This document shows, piece after piece, positions 1 through 8,731 of a DNA stretch of 10,571 nucleotides. The notes under the pieces are model-generated. The model worked only from the letters and a program-made list of their open reading frames with translations, did no database searches and was not told the origin of the DNA. A program made the position numbers and the translations under genes. The stretch's first letter is position 1, and every line of letters starts with the position of its first letter. Source of the DNA: Octopus sinensis (taxonomy: Eukaryota); NCBI RefSeq assembly GCF_006345805.1, contig NW_021827638.1, positions 1-10,571 of the forward strand, written 5' to 3'.

Positions 1-226
1 CCCATAATACAACCAGCATCCTCTGTCACAAAATAGTAGTTTGATAGCATCCTTATCTCTTTTATTGATCGGATATTTACCAAATATCTCGTGTTCTTGC
101 GTAGCAAAGACGGTGATCTTTCTTGATATAACGTAACGTCTAACTAAAACAGGTTGAGTGTTGTTATCCACCCGAAATTTCAGATCTTGTGCCGAAATAA
201 GAAGCCATCATTTGCTATATACTTTA

Positions 227-447
227 GGCAGTGAGATGGTAGAATTGCTCGTGCGTCGGACAAAATGCTTAACGGCATTTCTTCCGCCTCTATACACTCT
301 GAGTTCAAATCCCACAGGTCACCTTTGCCTTTCATCTTTTCAGGCTCGATAAAATAAAGTACCAGTCAAACAGTGGGGTCGATGTAATTGACTAGTTCCC
401 CCTCCCCTCAAAGTTAATGGCTTTTTGCCAAAATTAGAGAGAATAAT
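227..447 (+). mobile_element. tRNA-derived SINE, family C (window-local name), near full length
   Basis: Head GGCAGTGAGATGGTAGAATTG (A-box-like), B-box-like GAGTTCAAATCCC, then body GGTCACCTTTGCCTTTCATC...GATAAAATAAAGTACCAGTC...GGGGTCGATGTAATTGACT. The same motifs recur in reverse orientation at about 4572-4735, 5365-5503, 6465-6591 and 7455-7667. Confidence 0.8.
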
Positions 448-492
448 TTAATACATTCTTCATTTTTAGAACGCCAGTGGGGGAGTAGACTG

Positions 493-692
493 CTATTTCA
501 AAAGGATTGAACGACCACCTAGAAGCTCTTCCGTGTGTATTCCGACATTGACGACAATGGTGTTGGTGGTGGTGGTCACGGCTATTGGGGGTCTCGGAGT
601 TGGAACTGAAGATTCACACGTGTTAATTCTATTGAAACAATGCTCTTTTACAAGTTCAGAATCAAACAGGAAATTAGTTATGGTAAATTCCA
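493..692 (-). CDS. Candidate spliced coding exon, unknown product
   Basis: On the minus strand a long T tract and GCCAG acceptor (693-716) precede an open frame EFTITNFLF...PTPRPPIAVTTTTNTIVVNVG...ILLK* (stop 493-495). An alternative acceptor TTCAG at 606-610 also opens a second frame, SNSETPNSRDHHHQHHCRQCRNTHGRASRWSFNPFEIAVYSPTG. The sequence is non-repetitive and GC-richer than its flanks. No homology recognised. Confidence 0.25.
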
Positions 693-961
693 CTGGCAAA
701 AAAAAAAAAAAAAATTAAATTAACACACGAGGTTACCCACCATTCAAATTATGAATTCATTTTCTCCTTCAAATACGACGAGATACTCACGCATGCGCAC
801 AGACACACACACACACACACACAAACAGTGGCACCCACGTATAATCACGCACACCTACACGTACAAGCGCATGCGCAAACTTACACATACACACGACTGA
901 ATCTTTGTATGCTGTTTCATTGATTTTCAAACTGAAAGCACAAACCCTACACCACACTCAC

Positions 962-993
962 TCCAACCCACGAGCCCCGAGCAATAACGCAAT
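962..993 (-). CDS. Candidate 32-nt micro-exon
   Basis: Minus strand reads gttacag|ATTGCGTTATTGCTCGGGGCTCGTGGGTTGGA|gtgagt. The donor GTGAGT is consensus, the pyrimidine tract is weak, and all three frames are open. Confidence 0.2.
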
Positions 994-1031
994 CTGTAAC
1001 ACATTTTTGAATATTATTTTTTTGAAGGTTG

Positions 1032-1220
<189 letters not shown>

Positions 1221-1312
1221 CAAACATTGAAAGATACTATATAATATCGTCTGCATTTTTAATAAAGTATTAAGACGATTTCGTAGTTGTGGTTTGTAGA
1301 ATCTGCCACTCA

Positions 1313-1313
<1 letters not shown>

Positions 1314-1355
<42 letters not shown>

Positions 1356-1422
1356 ACACACACACACACAGACAAGCGTGCATATGCACATATATATATA
1401 CATGTGAGTGTGTCTGTATGTG

Positions 1423-1465
<43 letters not shown>

Positions 1466-1518
1466 CGTACATACATTTACACATACACACAAGTGTATGT
1501 ATATATGTATGTACTTAT

Positions 1519-1557
<39 letters not shown>

Positions 1558-1747
1558 TTACACACACGTATACCCACGCACACACGCGCATTCATACTGG
1601 AAACAACATAATCTGTATGTATAAATATTAAGATGAATAAATTTATAATAATATTTTTGTATAACAATCAAGTGACTGTCATCGTTTCCCGAATCCCCAC
1701 GTCTTCCTGAATGGCTTATCGTATTACACACACACACACACACCTAT

Positions 1748-1844
<97 letters not shown>

Positions 1845-1860
1845 GTATGTATGTATGTAT
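1314..1860. repeat. Dinucleotide microsatellite cluster (CA)n, (TA)n, (TG)n, (TATG)n
   Basis: (CA)n about 1314-1370, (TA)n about 1426-1461, (TG)n about 1528-1555, (CA)n about 1727-1743, (TA)n about 1750-1845. Confidence 0.95.
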
Positions 1861-2026
1861 ATAGTCTATTATGTTTATCATATTACATTATATATTGTTT
1901 GTTTTGTTTTATTGTATTTGTATTTGGCTGGAAATCATAATTTTTTTTATTGTTCAAGGTAAAGCGTAGCGCGAAAGTTCGAATCCACCTCTAGTTTAGT
2001 GTTTGTGTAATATTTCTCATCGCCTG

Positions 2027-2228
2027 CTTGTTTTAGTCATTAGACTGCGGCCATGCTGGGGCAACACCTTGGAGAACTTTTAGTCGAATGAATCGACCCG
2101 AGTCCTTATTTGTTTTTTAAAGCCTCGTACTTCTTATTCTATTTTGACGAGCTGCTATGTTACGGGGTCGTAAACACACCAACACCGTTTGTCAAGCGGT
2201 GGTGGTGGACAAACAAACACACACACAC

Positions 2229-2259
<31 letters not shown>

Positions 2260-2452
2260 TTCAGACACCAAAACTCACATAGATTTATACAATGGGCTTC
2301 TTTCAGTTTCCGTCTATCAGATCCATTCGAAAGATTTTAATCAGTCCACGGCTATAGTAAAAGACACTTGATGAAGGTGCCACGCAGTGGGACTGAACCC
2401 GGAACCATGTATTTAGGGAGCAAACTACTTACTACACAGTCACGCATGCGCC
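2027..2452 (-). mobile_element. tRNA-derived SINE, family A (internal microsatellite type)
   Basis: Reverse complement matches the family A copy at 3129-3888: B-box GGTTCAGTCCCAC, body CTATAGCC...GAAACTGAAAGAAGCCC, internal (TG)n tract, tail CCCCAGCATGGCCGCAGTCTAATGACT. Confidence 0.88.
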
Positions 2453-2481
2453 TGTATAGTATATTCTTTTATCTTCATTCG

Positions 2482-2890
2482 TTTGTTTCAATCACTGGAC
2501 TGCGGTCATGCTGGGGCACCGCCTCGAACGATTCTAGACGAACAAATTGACCCCAGGACTTAATTTTCTTTAAGTGAGTCTGGTTCTCATTCTATATATC
2601 TCTTTTGCTGAACTGGCAATTTACGGGATGTAAACAGACTAATACCGATTGTAAAGCGGTGAGGATCGGGGGGCTGGTAAACTCAGACACAAAGACAGTC
2701 AGACACCCCCACATACCCACAGATGTATAAATAATGAGATTCTGCACAGTTTCCGCCCACCGAAATTCACTCAGAATGCTTTGATGGGACCGGTTCTTTG
2801 TAGAAAACACTTTTCCAAAGTGCAGTACAGTGGGATCGAACCTACAACTACGTAGTTGTAAAACGAGCTTCTTAACCACACAGCCACACC
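2482..2890 (-). mobile_element. tRNA-derived SINE, family A, more diverged copy
   Basis: Tail GACTGCGGTCATGCTGGGGCACCGC, middle CTCTTTTGCTGAAC, head CAGTGGGATCGAACC...ACCACACAGCCACACC. Lies head-to-tail with 2027-2452. Confidence 0.82.
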
Positions 2891-2981
2891 TTAGTTTTTT
2901 TTCTTTCTTAAAAGTTTTGAGAGATAGGAAATAAATCATATTAACGCTGGAACCCGAAGTATATAAAGCTATTAAAAATCG

Positions 2982-3129
2982 CATGTAAAATATTGGATTA
3001 GAAACAAACCCCTGGACAGATAAAAATCAATGGCTGCCCGTGGGACACGAACCCACATCCGTGAGCATGACGTGCGTTATCATCGACTTTTGTCTATCCA
3101 AGAGTTTTGAAAACTCAATAGTCTACATG
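2982..3129. repeat. Short imperfect foldback element with a tRNA-like loop
   Basis: Left arm CATGTAAAATATTGG...TGGACAGATAAAAATC pairs with right arm GACTTTTGTCTATCCA...CAATAGTCTACATG. The loop reads GTGGGTTCGTGTCCCACGGGCAGCCA on the minus strand. Confidence 0.6.
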
Positions 3130-3285
3130 GCGAAGGCGTGGCTGTCTGGTAAGATGTTTGCTCTCAACAATATGGTTCCGGGTTCAGTCCCACTGCATAC
3201 CACCTTGGGTAAATGACTTCTACTATAGCCTCGTGCCAACCAAAGCCTTGTGAGTGGATTTAATAGATAGAAACTGAAAGAAGCC

Positions 3286-3323
<38 letters not shown>

Positions 3324-3888
3324 ATGTGTGTATGTGTGCGTGCGTGTATTTGTGTATAGTGAGGGCGCGTGGCTTAGTGGTTAGGGTATTCGGCTCATGA
3401 TCGTAAGGTTGTGAGTTCGATTCCCGGCGACGCGTTGTGTCCTTGAGCAAGACACTTTATTTCACGTTGCTCCAGTCCACTCAGCTGGCAAAATGAGTTG
3501 TACTTGTATTTTAAGGGTCAGCCTTGTCACTCTCTGTGTCACGCTGATTATCCCCGAAACTACGTTAAGGGTAACACGTGTCTGTGGAATGCTCAGCCAT
3601 TTGCACGTTAATTTCACGAGCAAGCTGTTCCGTTGATCGTATCAGCTGGGACCCTCGTCGTCGTAACCGGCGGAGTCTTTAAAATTTGTGTATATGTTTA
3701 TCCCTCCCCCACCGCTTGAAAATCGGTGTAGGTGTGTTCCCGTCCCCATAATCTAGTGGTTCGGCAAAAGAGACCGATGGAATAAGTATCAGGCTAAAAA
3801 AAAAAAAGTACTAGGGTTGATTCATTCATCTAAAAATTCTTCAAAGCGGTGCCCCAGCATGGCCGCTGTCTAATGACTGAAACGTAAA
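3129..3888 (+). mobile_element. tRNA-derived SINE, family A, interrupted by a nested family B SINE
   Basis: A-box TGGCTGTCTGG (3139-3149), B-box GGTTCAGTCCC (3181-3191), body to 3288, then a (TA)n/(TG)n tract. The tail resumes at about 3695 and ends GACTGAAAC at about 3883. Confidence 0.88.
3359..3683 (+). mobile_element. tRNA-derived SINE, family B (CORE-like middle), full length with TSD
   Basis: A-box TGGCTTAGTGG (3370-3380), B-box AGTTCGATTCC (3414-3424), anticodon-like loop CTCATGA. The segment GTGTCCTTGAGCAAGACAC resembles the start of the CORE domain (recalled). Flanked by an 11-bp direct repeat ATTTGTGTATA (3348-3358 and 3684-3694). Confidence 0.88.
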
Positions 3889-4287
3889 CAATTATGTTAT
3901 TTATAGCTTTATTTGCTTCGAGTTCCGTCGTTAAAACGATTTGTTTCTGTATAGTATTTAGAAAAAAAAAAATTTTTTCATCCCATCTTCCTGGTTTAAT
4001 CTTCAAATAAAGCCTGAAGTAAAAGGACAGGAAAATGCCATAGCATGTGGATTAATAGGGAAGGATTTTATGCTAAAAACAGGAAATGATTTGAGGAACG
4101 AAAATGATGTGTCACGTGAATGATACAAAATAGGGCCATATTAACAAGAAAAATTAGCCTTGCTTTGCAATGCCTTGAAGACTTTTAATTCCTGATGCAG
4201 TCGAAAGGACATTTGCAAATGTACGGCATGTCTCGAAGCTTGTCACGAGCATTAAAGAAAAATTGGTCTGGTAACAGCCAATTGCTG

Positions 4288-4289
<2 letters not shown>

Positions 4290-4337
<48 letters not shown>

Positions 4338-4430
4338 AAGAGAGAGAGAGGAACAGAAGAAGGAGGGAAAGAGAGAGGGAGGGGGAAAAGAGGATGAAAG
4401 TGACAAACAGAAAAAGAAGAATAGGATACA
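4290..4430. repeat. (GA)n microsatellite and purine-rich tract
   Basis: Directly visible; explains the ER-repeat and SL-repeat ORFs 4195..4470 and 4185..4541. Confidence 0.93.
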
Positions 4431-4571
4431 ATACAAAAGTGGTACTTTACTTATCGTCCTCAAAAGATAAAATAAATAACAGATTCTGTTGCTTGGATAA
4501 TGGAAAGAGTGAATCCAAAAGCTTAGTTTTCGGTAACGCAAAGGAACTAATAATTGTTCATGATTTAGTCA

Positions 4572-4735
4572 TAAGACCAGCAGTTCTGAGGTCCGGTTAT
4601 TTGTCTATTCCATTGAATCCAATGCTGGACCGGTACTTATTTCATCGAGCCCCAAAGTTGCCGTAGGTGGGACTTGAACTCAGAATGCAAAGAGCCGTAG
4701 GAGACACCATAAGCCATAAGGCATTGGACTTTCTT
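4572..4735 (-). mobile_element. Degraded family C SINE
   Basis: CCGGTACTTATTTCATCGAGCCCC and GACTTGAACTCAGAA match the reverse complement of the family C body and B box. Confidence 0.6.
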
Positions 4736-4739
4736 AACT

Positions 4740-4901
4740 AACTGGCACTCCGTTGGTTCTGGCCACGCGGGTTCCAGTTGATCCGATCAACGGAACAGCC
4801 TGCGCGTGGAATTAACGAACAAGTAGCTGAGCACTCCACAGACACACGTACCCTAATGTAGTTTCTAAAGAGGTTCAACGTGACACAAAATGTAACAAGG
4901 T
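4740..4901 (-). mobile_element. Family B SINE, 3' half
   Basis: GTTGATCCGATCAACGGAACAGCCTGC...GAATTAACG...GCTGAGCACTCCACAGACAC...GTGACAC is the reverse complement of about 3515-3678. Confidence 0.85.
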
Positions 4902-5164
4902 CTCGGTGGCTGAAGACATTATCAGGAGGAACCACGTCCGGTTTCGGCCCTTTATCCTCTACCATTTTCAACGTGGCACCCCCCCCCTTTCGGTAGTATC
5001 TTTAGCTCTGGCGTTGAGTGCGTTTCTTTCTTTTCTCTTTGGCCTTTTTGCTCTTTGGTTTCTTCGATGCAGCGTCAACGAATGCCACATTTCCTTTTAA
5101 ATATCCGCCGGTAGGCTCCAGCACTCAGCGCCAGCTAACTGTCACGTGACACTATATAAGCTTC

Positions 5165-5325
5165 AACTGACCAATAAGTACAGCTCATTTTTGCCATCTG
5201 ATCGGACTGGAGCAATGTGGAATGAAATGTCTTGCTCAAGAGTACAATTCGTCGCCGAGAGTCGAACTCATGAACTTAACAACGGTGATCCGAAAACTAT
5301 AACCACCAAGCGAGGCGCGTTCACC
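5165..5325 (-). mobile_element. Family B SINE, 5' half (tRNA head plus CORE-like part)
   Basis: AAGTACAGCTCATTTTTGCC...GGACTGGAGCAA...GTCTTGCTCAAG...GTCGAACTCA...AACCACCAAGCGAGGCGCGTTCAC is the reverse complement of about 3359-3520. Confidence 0.82.
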
Positions 5326-5364
5326 CGACATTCTTACAGTTCTTCTAAACGACCAGTCTGGGTT

Positions 5365-5503
5365 GGTTCTTTGCACTTATTAAGCCCGAAATGACTTGAG
5401 GCAAAATTGACCTCGGTGGGAATCGAACTCACTGCACAGAGAGCCGGAACGATTATCGCAAAGTATTTTATCCGATGCTTTAATGACTCCGCTAATTCGA
5501 CTC
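5365..5503 (-). mobile_element. Family C SINE, 5' part
   Basis: GGCAAAATTGACCTCGGTGGGAATCGAACTCA...GAGCCGGAA...TCCGATGCTTTAATGACTCCGCTAATTCG matches the reverse complement of the family C head. Confidence 0.65.
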
Positions 5504-5513
5504 TTTAGGAAGA

Positions 5514-5575
5514 GGCTAGAGTGTGGCCTAGTGGTAAGGAACCATGCGGCCTGGGTTCGATTCTCGGCATGGAAA
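5514..5575 (+). mobile_element. tRNA-like Pol III head, probably a further degenerate SINE
   Basis: A-box TGGCCTAGTGG (5524-5534) and B-box GGTTCGATTCT (5554-5564). The spacing is short and no full cloverleaf forms; the downstream body (to about 5765) is not recognised. Confidence 0.5.
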
Positions 5576-5767
5576 CGCACGGTTAAGAGGAAAACGCCGT
5601 CAAACATCGACAAACTTTGTTGCTGCGTCCCAGGTTGGAACCCGACCATAACAATAATAGAAGTAAATTCCGGAAAAGAATACAAATCTCCCTCATTTCT
5701 GACCAGGAAAAAGCTTTTAGATGTTGGCCGGAGAAAGGGCCTTGCTCCTGGTGGAGTAATTCTACTC

Positions 5768-6117
5768 TATTGCCAAAAGTGAAATGTAAAGTTTCGTATA
5801 AGCTTTGTTGTGTTAAGTACTGGTTATCACAAAAGTATTAAAATACAGTTATACATTCTTTGATAATAATAAGAAAATGTTAAAAACAGTTTACAAGAAA
5901 GTATTTAAGAAAGTATTCAACAAAAAGTATTAGGAGTTCAATAAAAATCATGTTTGTTTGGTAGTATATATATACACAGAAGGAGATATATATAAGAATT
6001 TACAAAAAATTGGAGAGGAACTGGTCTGTATTTCTGACACAAGACAGAAAATGTCAGAATTACAGGTCAGTTTCTCTCCAATTTTTTTTGCAAATTCTTA
6101 AATATATCTCCTCTCTC

Positions 6118-6163
<46 letters not shown>

Positions 6164-6356
6164 CAAAGAAACATGATTTTTATTGAACTCATAATACTTT
6201 TTGTTGAATACTTTCTTGAATACTTTCTTGTAAACTGTTTTTAACATTTTCTTATTATTATCAAAGAATGTATAACTGTATTTTAATACTTTTGTGACAA
6301 CCAGTACTTAACACAACAAAGCTTATACAAAGCTTTACATTTTACTTTTGACAATA
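5768..6356. mobile_element. Long foldback (MITE-like) element with ~270-300 bp arms
   Basis: Left arm 5768-6039 is the reverse complement of right arm 6052-6356, with scattered substitutions (mostly transitions). Spacer CAAGACAGAAAA is 12 nt. The right arm carries an extra (GT)n at 6123-6158. Both ends finish in TA. Confidence 0.8.
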
Positions 6357-6464
6357 TTTTTTTTTAAAAAGTGAAACAGGTCAAGACAATAAACGTTTTT
6401 AAAATTGCATTTTCAAACCTTCTTTCATATATATATATATATATATATATACATACTTATATTT

Positions 6465-6591
6465 TATCTGTACTTGACTGATAATTATTTTATCGATTCC
6501 TGAAAGGATGAAAGGCAAAGTCGACCTCTGCAGTATTTGAAATACCGCTAAGCATTCTGCCGCCTTGTTAACGAGTCTGCCAGCTCACCGC
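6465..6591 (-). mobile_element. Family C SINE with internal deletion
   Basis: Reverse complement reads GCGGTGAGCTGGCAGACTCGTTAAC...GCTTAGCGGTATTTCAAATACTGCAGAGGTCGACTTTGCCTTTCATCC. It lacks the ~25 nt leading into the B box that other copies have. Confidence 0.75.
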
Positions 6592-6596
6592 TTTAA

Positions 6597-6622
6597 TACT
6601 ACTACAACTACTACTACTACTA

Positions 6623-6703
<81 letters not shown>

Positions 6704-6710
6704 GTAATTA
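6597..6710. repeat. (ACT)n-(AAT)n microsatellite
   Basis: Directly visible; explains the poly-Thr/Asn ORF 6565..6840. Confidence 0.96.
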
Positions 6711-7369
6711 TAATATAGTATCAATGTGGCAACTTTACGATTTACAATGTCCAGACAACAAGTGCTGTAACTATAGGCATACCACGTACTTTTACCAGAT
6801 GGTTATGCACACTATACACAGTACAGCTCATAAAATATAATTTGTTTCTAATTATGAATACATTTTAATTACAAATTCAGTATTAATGAAAATCGTTGAG
6901 AAATCTTGTTCTTGATTGCATTTAGGAATTTTAATGAAAAAAAATCAAATTAAAATAAACAGATCTCGTGTATCGGAGAAAGTGTGAACTTAAAAGTACT
7001 TTTGTCTGTGAATATTTATAGAAATTCAACATAGAATGTTACGAGAGAGCTCTGAGATAATGGCGGTCTGTTGAATGATTGATTTCAAGGGCCTTGTTTT
7101 CGTTCATGATTTTTCTATTTAAATTTTTGTTAGGTTATTTTTGCAATTTCTGTTTATCTCCTTCATCTCACTTTTACTTAATTTCAGCTGCTCCCCGAGA
7201 ATTTTCTGAAGAAGTTTCCAAGTTACCTCTGGTTACAATGAAAAAGATACCGGGTCCCGCAAGAGATAAGTTTTGTCTTTAAATAAAATTTAATAAAATT
7301 TGTTGCACATAGAAGAAAAAACATAAACAAACGATGTTATTCACCATTTTCAAAACAATACCTTATGTT

Positions 7370-7452
7370 CTTCGGCAATTGTTTCCAACTATAGCTTCGG
7401 CCCAGCTAAATCTCATGAGTGGATTTGGTAAATAGAGAGAAGCCTGTCCTAT
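7370..7452 (+). mobile_element. Family A SINE body fragment
   Basis: CTTCGGCAATTGTTTCCAACTATAGC...GTGGATTTGGTAAATAG...AGAAGCCTGTC aligns by eye with about 3205-3290. Confidence 0.6.
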
Positions 7453-7454
7453 AC

Positions 7455-7667
7455 TGGTTTTAAATTCTGGTACGAGGCCAGCAAGTTCGGAGGAGTGGGT
7501 TTGTCGATTATATCAACCCCGCTGCTTGACTGGTACTCATTTTATCGACCCATAAAGGTTGCAAGGCAAAGTCAGCTTAGGCGGAACTTGAACTCTGAAC
7601 GTAAAGACTCACGAACTGATGTTAAACATTTTGTCCAGCGTGTTTACGATTCTGCTAGCTCACCGCC
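7455..7667 (-). mobile_element. Family C SINE, near full length
   Basis: GACTGGTACTCATTTTATCGACCC...AAGGCAAAGTC...GGAACTTGAACTCTGAACG...GATTCTGCTAGCTCACCGCC is the reverse complement of the 227-447 type. Confidence 0.82.
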
Positions 7668-7756
7668 ATAACACATACATACATACATACATACATACAT
7701 ACAACATACATACATACATAATACATACATACATACAGACAGACAGACAGACAGAC

Positions 7757-8175
7757 ATATGTACGTTAATGATTTGGTACAGAGAAGAGAAACTGTGCAC
7801 AGTTGTAGAAATTAGCTGCCCAGCGGATGTTAACATAAAGCTGAAGATCAGTGAAAAAGAGAATACCTACGCTGAACTATTGAGAAATCTGCAGTTACTC
7901 TATCCAGATTACAATTTCAGGTTTAAACCTGTAATTATTGGAGCTCTGGGATGTGTAACACACTGCCTGAATACGAATCTTGAGAAATTAGGCTTCTGAA
8001 ACCAGAAAGGAGAAAGCTAATTCGAAGACTATAGATCTAATCCATTACCGGAACTGTAAAAATCTGTAAAAGTTTCCCGAAGTTTATCATTTAAATATAT
8101 ATGGGGATGTCTAGACATGCAACTATGTACCTGAGAATACATACATAAAGCAAAACATACACATCTGCACATATA
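7757..8175 (+). mobile_element. 5'-truncated non-LTR retrotransposon end with RLE endonuclease domain (R4/Dong-like), copy 1, disabled
   Basis: From 7769 it reads MIWYREEKLCTVVEISCPADVNIKLKISEKENTYAELLRNLQLLYPDYNFRFKPVIIGALG, matching the C-terminal PD-(D/E)xK restriction-like endonuclease pattern (VIIGALG is typical of the R4 clade, from recall). A stop at 7997-7999 with a frameshift is followed by KPERRKLIRRL*I*SITGTVKICKSFPKFII* (stop 8092-8094), then 3' UTR. Confidence 0.8.
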
Positions 8176-8279
8176 CATACAACATACATACATACATACA
8201 TACATACATACATACATACATACAACATACATACATACATAATACATACATACATACAGACAGACAGACACAGACAGAC

Positions 8280-8697
8280 ATATGTACGTTAATGATTTGG
8301 TACAGAGAGAGAAACTGTGCACAGTTGTAGAAATTAGCTGCCCAGCGGATGTTAACATAAAGCTGAAGATCAGTGAAAAAGAGAATACCTACGCTGAACT
8401 ATTGAGAAATCTGCAGTTACTCTATCCAGATTACAATTTCAGGTTTAAACCTGTAATTATTGGAGCTCTGGGATGTGTAACACACTGCCTGAATACGAAT
8501 CTTGAGAAATTAGGCTTCTGAAACCAGAAAGGAGAAAGCTAATTCGAAGACTATAGATCTAATCCATTACCGGAACTGTAAAAATCTGTAAAAGTTTCCC
8601 GAAGTTTATCATTTAAATATATATGGGGATGTCTAGACATGCAACTATGTACCTGAGAATACATACATAAAGCAAAACATACACATCTGCACATATA
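8280..8697 (+). mobile_element. Same R4/Dong-like RLE fragment, tandem copy 2
   Basis: By eye identical to copy 1 at offset 522-523, with the same truncation point and stops. The one difference seen is a 1-nt indel: TACAGAGAAGAG versus TACAGAGAGAG. Confidence 0.8.
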
Positions 8698-8731
8698 CAT
8701 ACATACATACATACATACATACATACATACA

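Noticed and set aside
1-207. 69-codon stop-free minus-strand frame running off the window edge (WLLISAQDLKFRVDNN...CWLYYG)
   Set aside because: No recognisable motif or clear splice acceptor, and this length can arise by chance; it cannot be evaluated without flanking sequence.
606-645. CTGAAGA...GAAA as another hammerhead (similar words near 4910, 7204, 7842, 8990 and 10073)
   Set aside because: No compatible stems I-III or cleavage triplet.
789-876. NRF1-like GCGCATGCGC palindrome (867-876) and ACGCATGCGC (789-798)
   Set aside because: They lie in alternating purine-pyrimidine CA-repeat-derived sequence where such words arise easily; no promoter context.
1958-1990. tRNA-like fragment GGTAAAGCG...GTTCGAATCC
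   Set aside because: B-box only and too short for a cloverleaf; at most a SINE or tRNA relic.
3361-3432. Possible tRNA-Met(CAT) gene
   Set aside because: Poor stems, continues into a SINE body, and is bounded by a TSD; it is a SINE head.
2991-6356. Shared TATTG...CAATA ends suggesting the small and large foldbacks are one family
   Set aside because: Only 5 bp in AT-rich DNA, and the small foldback's pairing extends beyond these words (2982-3129).
7030-7215. Minus-strand frames LQKILGEQLKLSKSEMKE... and KIMNENKALEINHSTDRHY... as a frameshifted coding relic
   Set aside because: No recognisable domain; the Lys/Glu/Asn richness follows from the T-rich plus strand.
7619-7999. 126-aa ORF as an intact gene
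   Set aside because: It is a chimera of SINE, microsatellite and a truncated, frameshifted retrotransposon endonuclease fragment.
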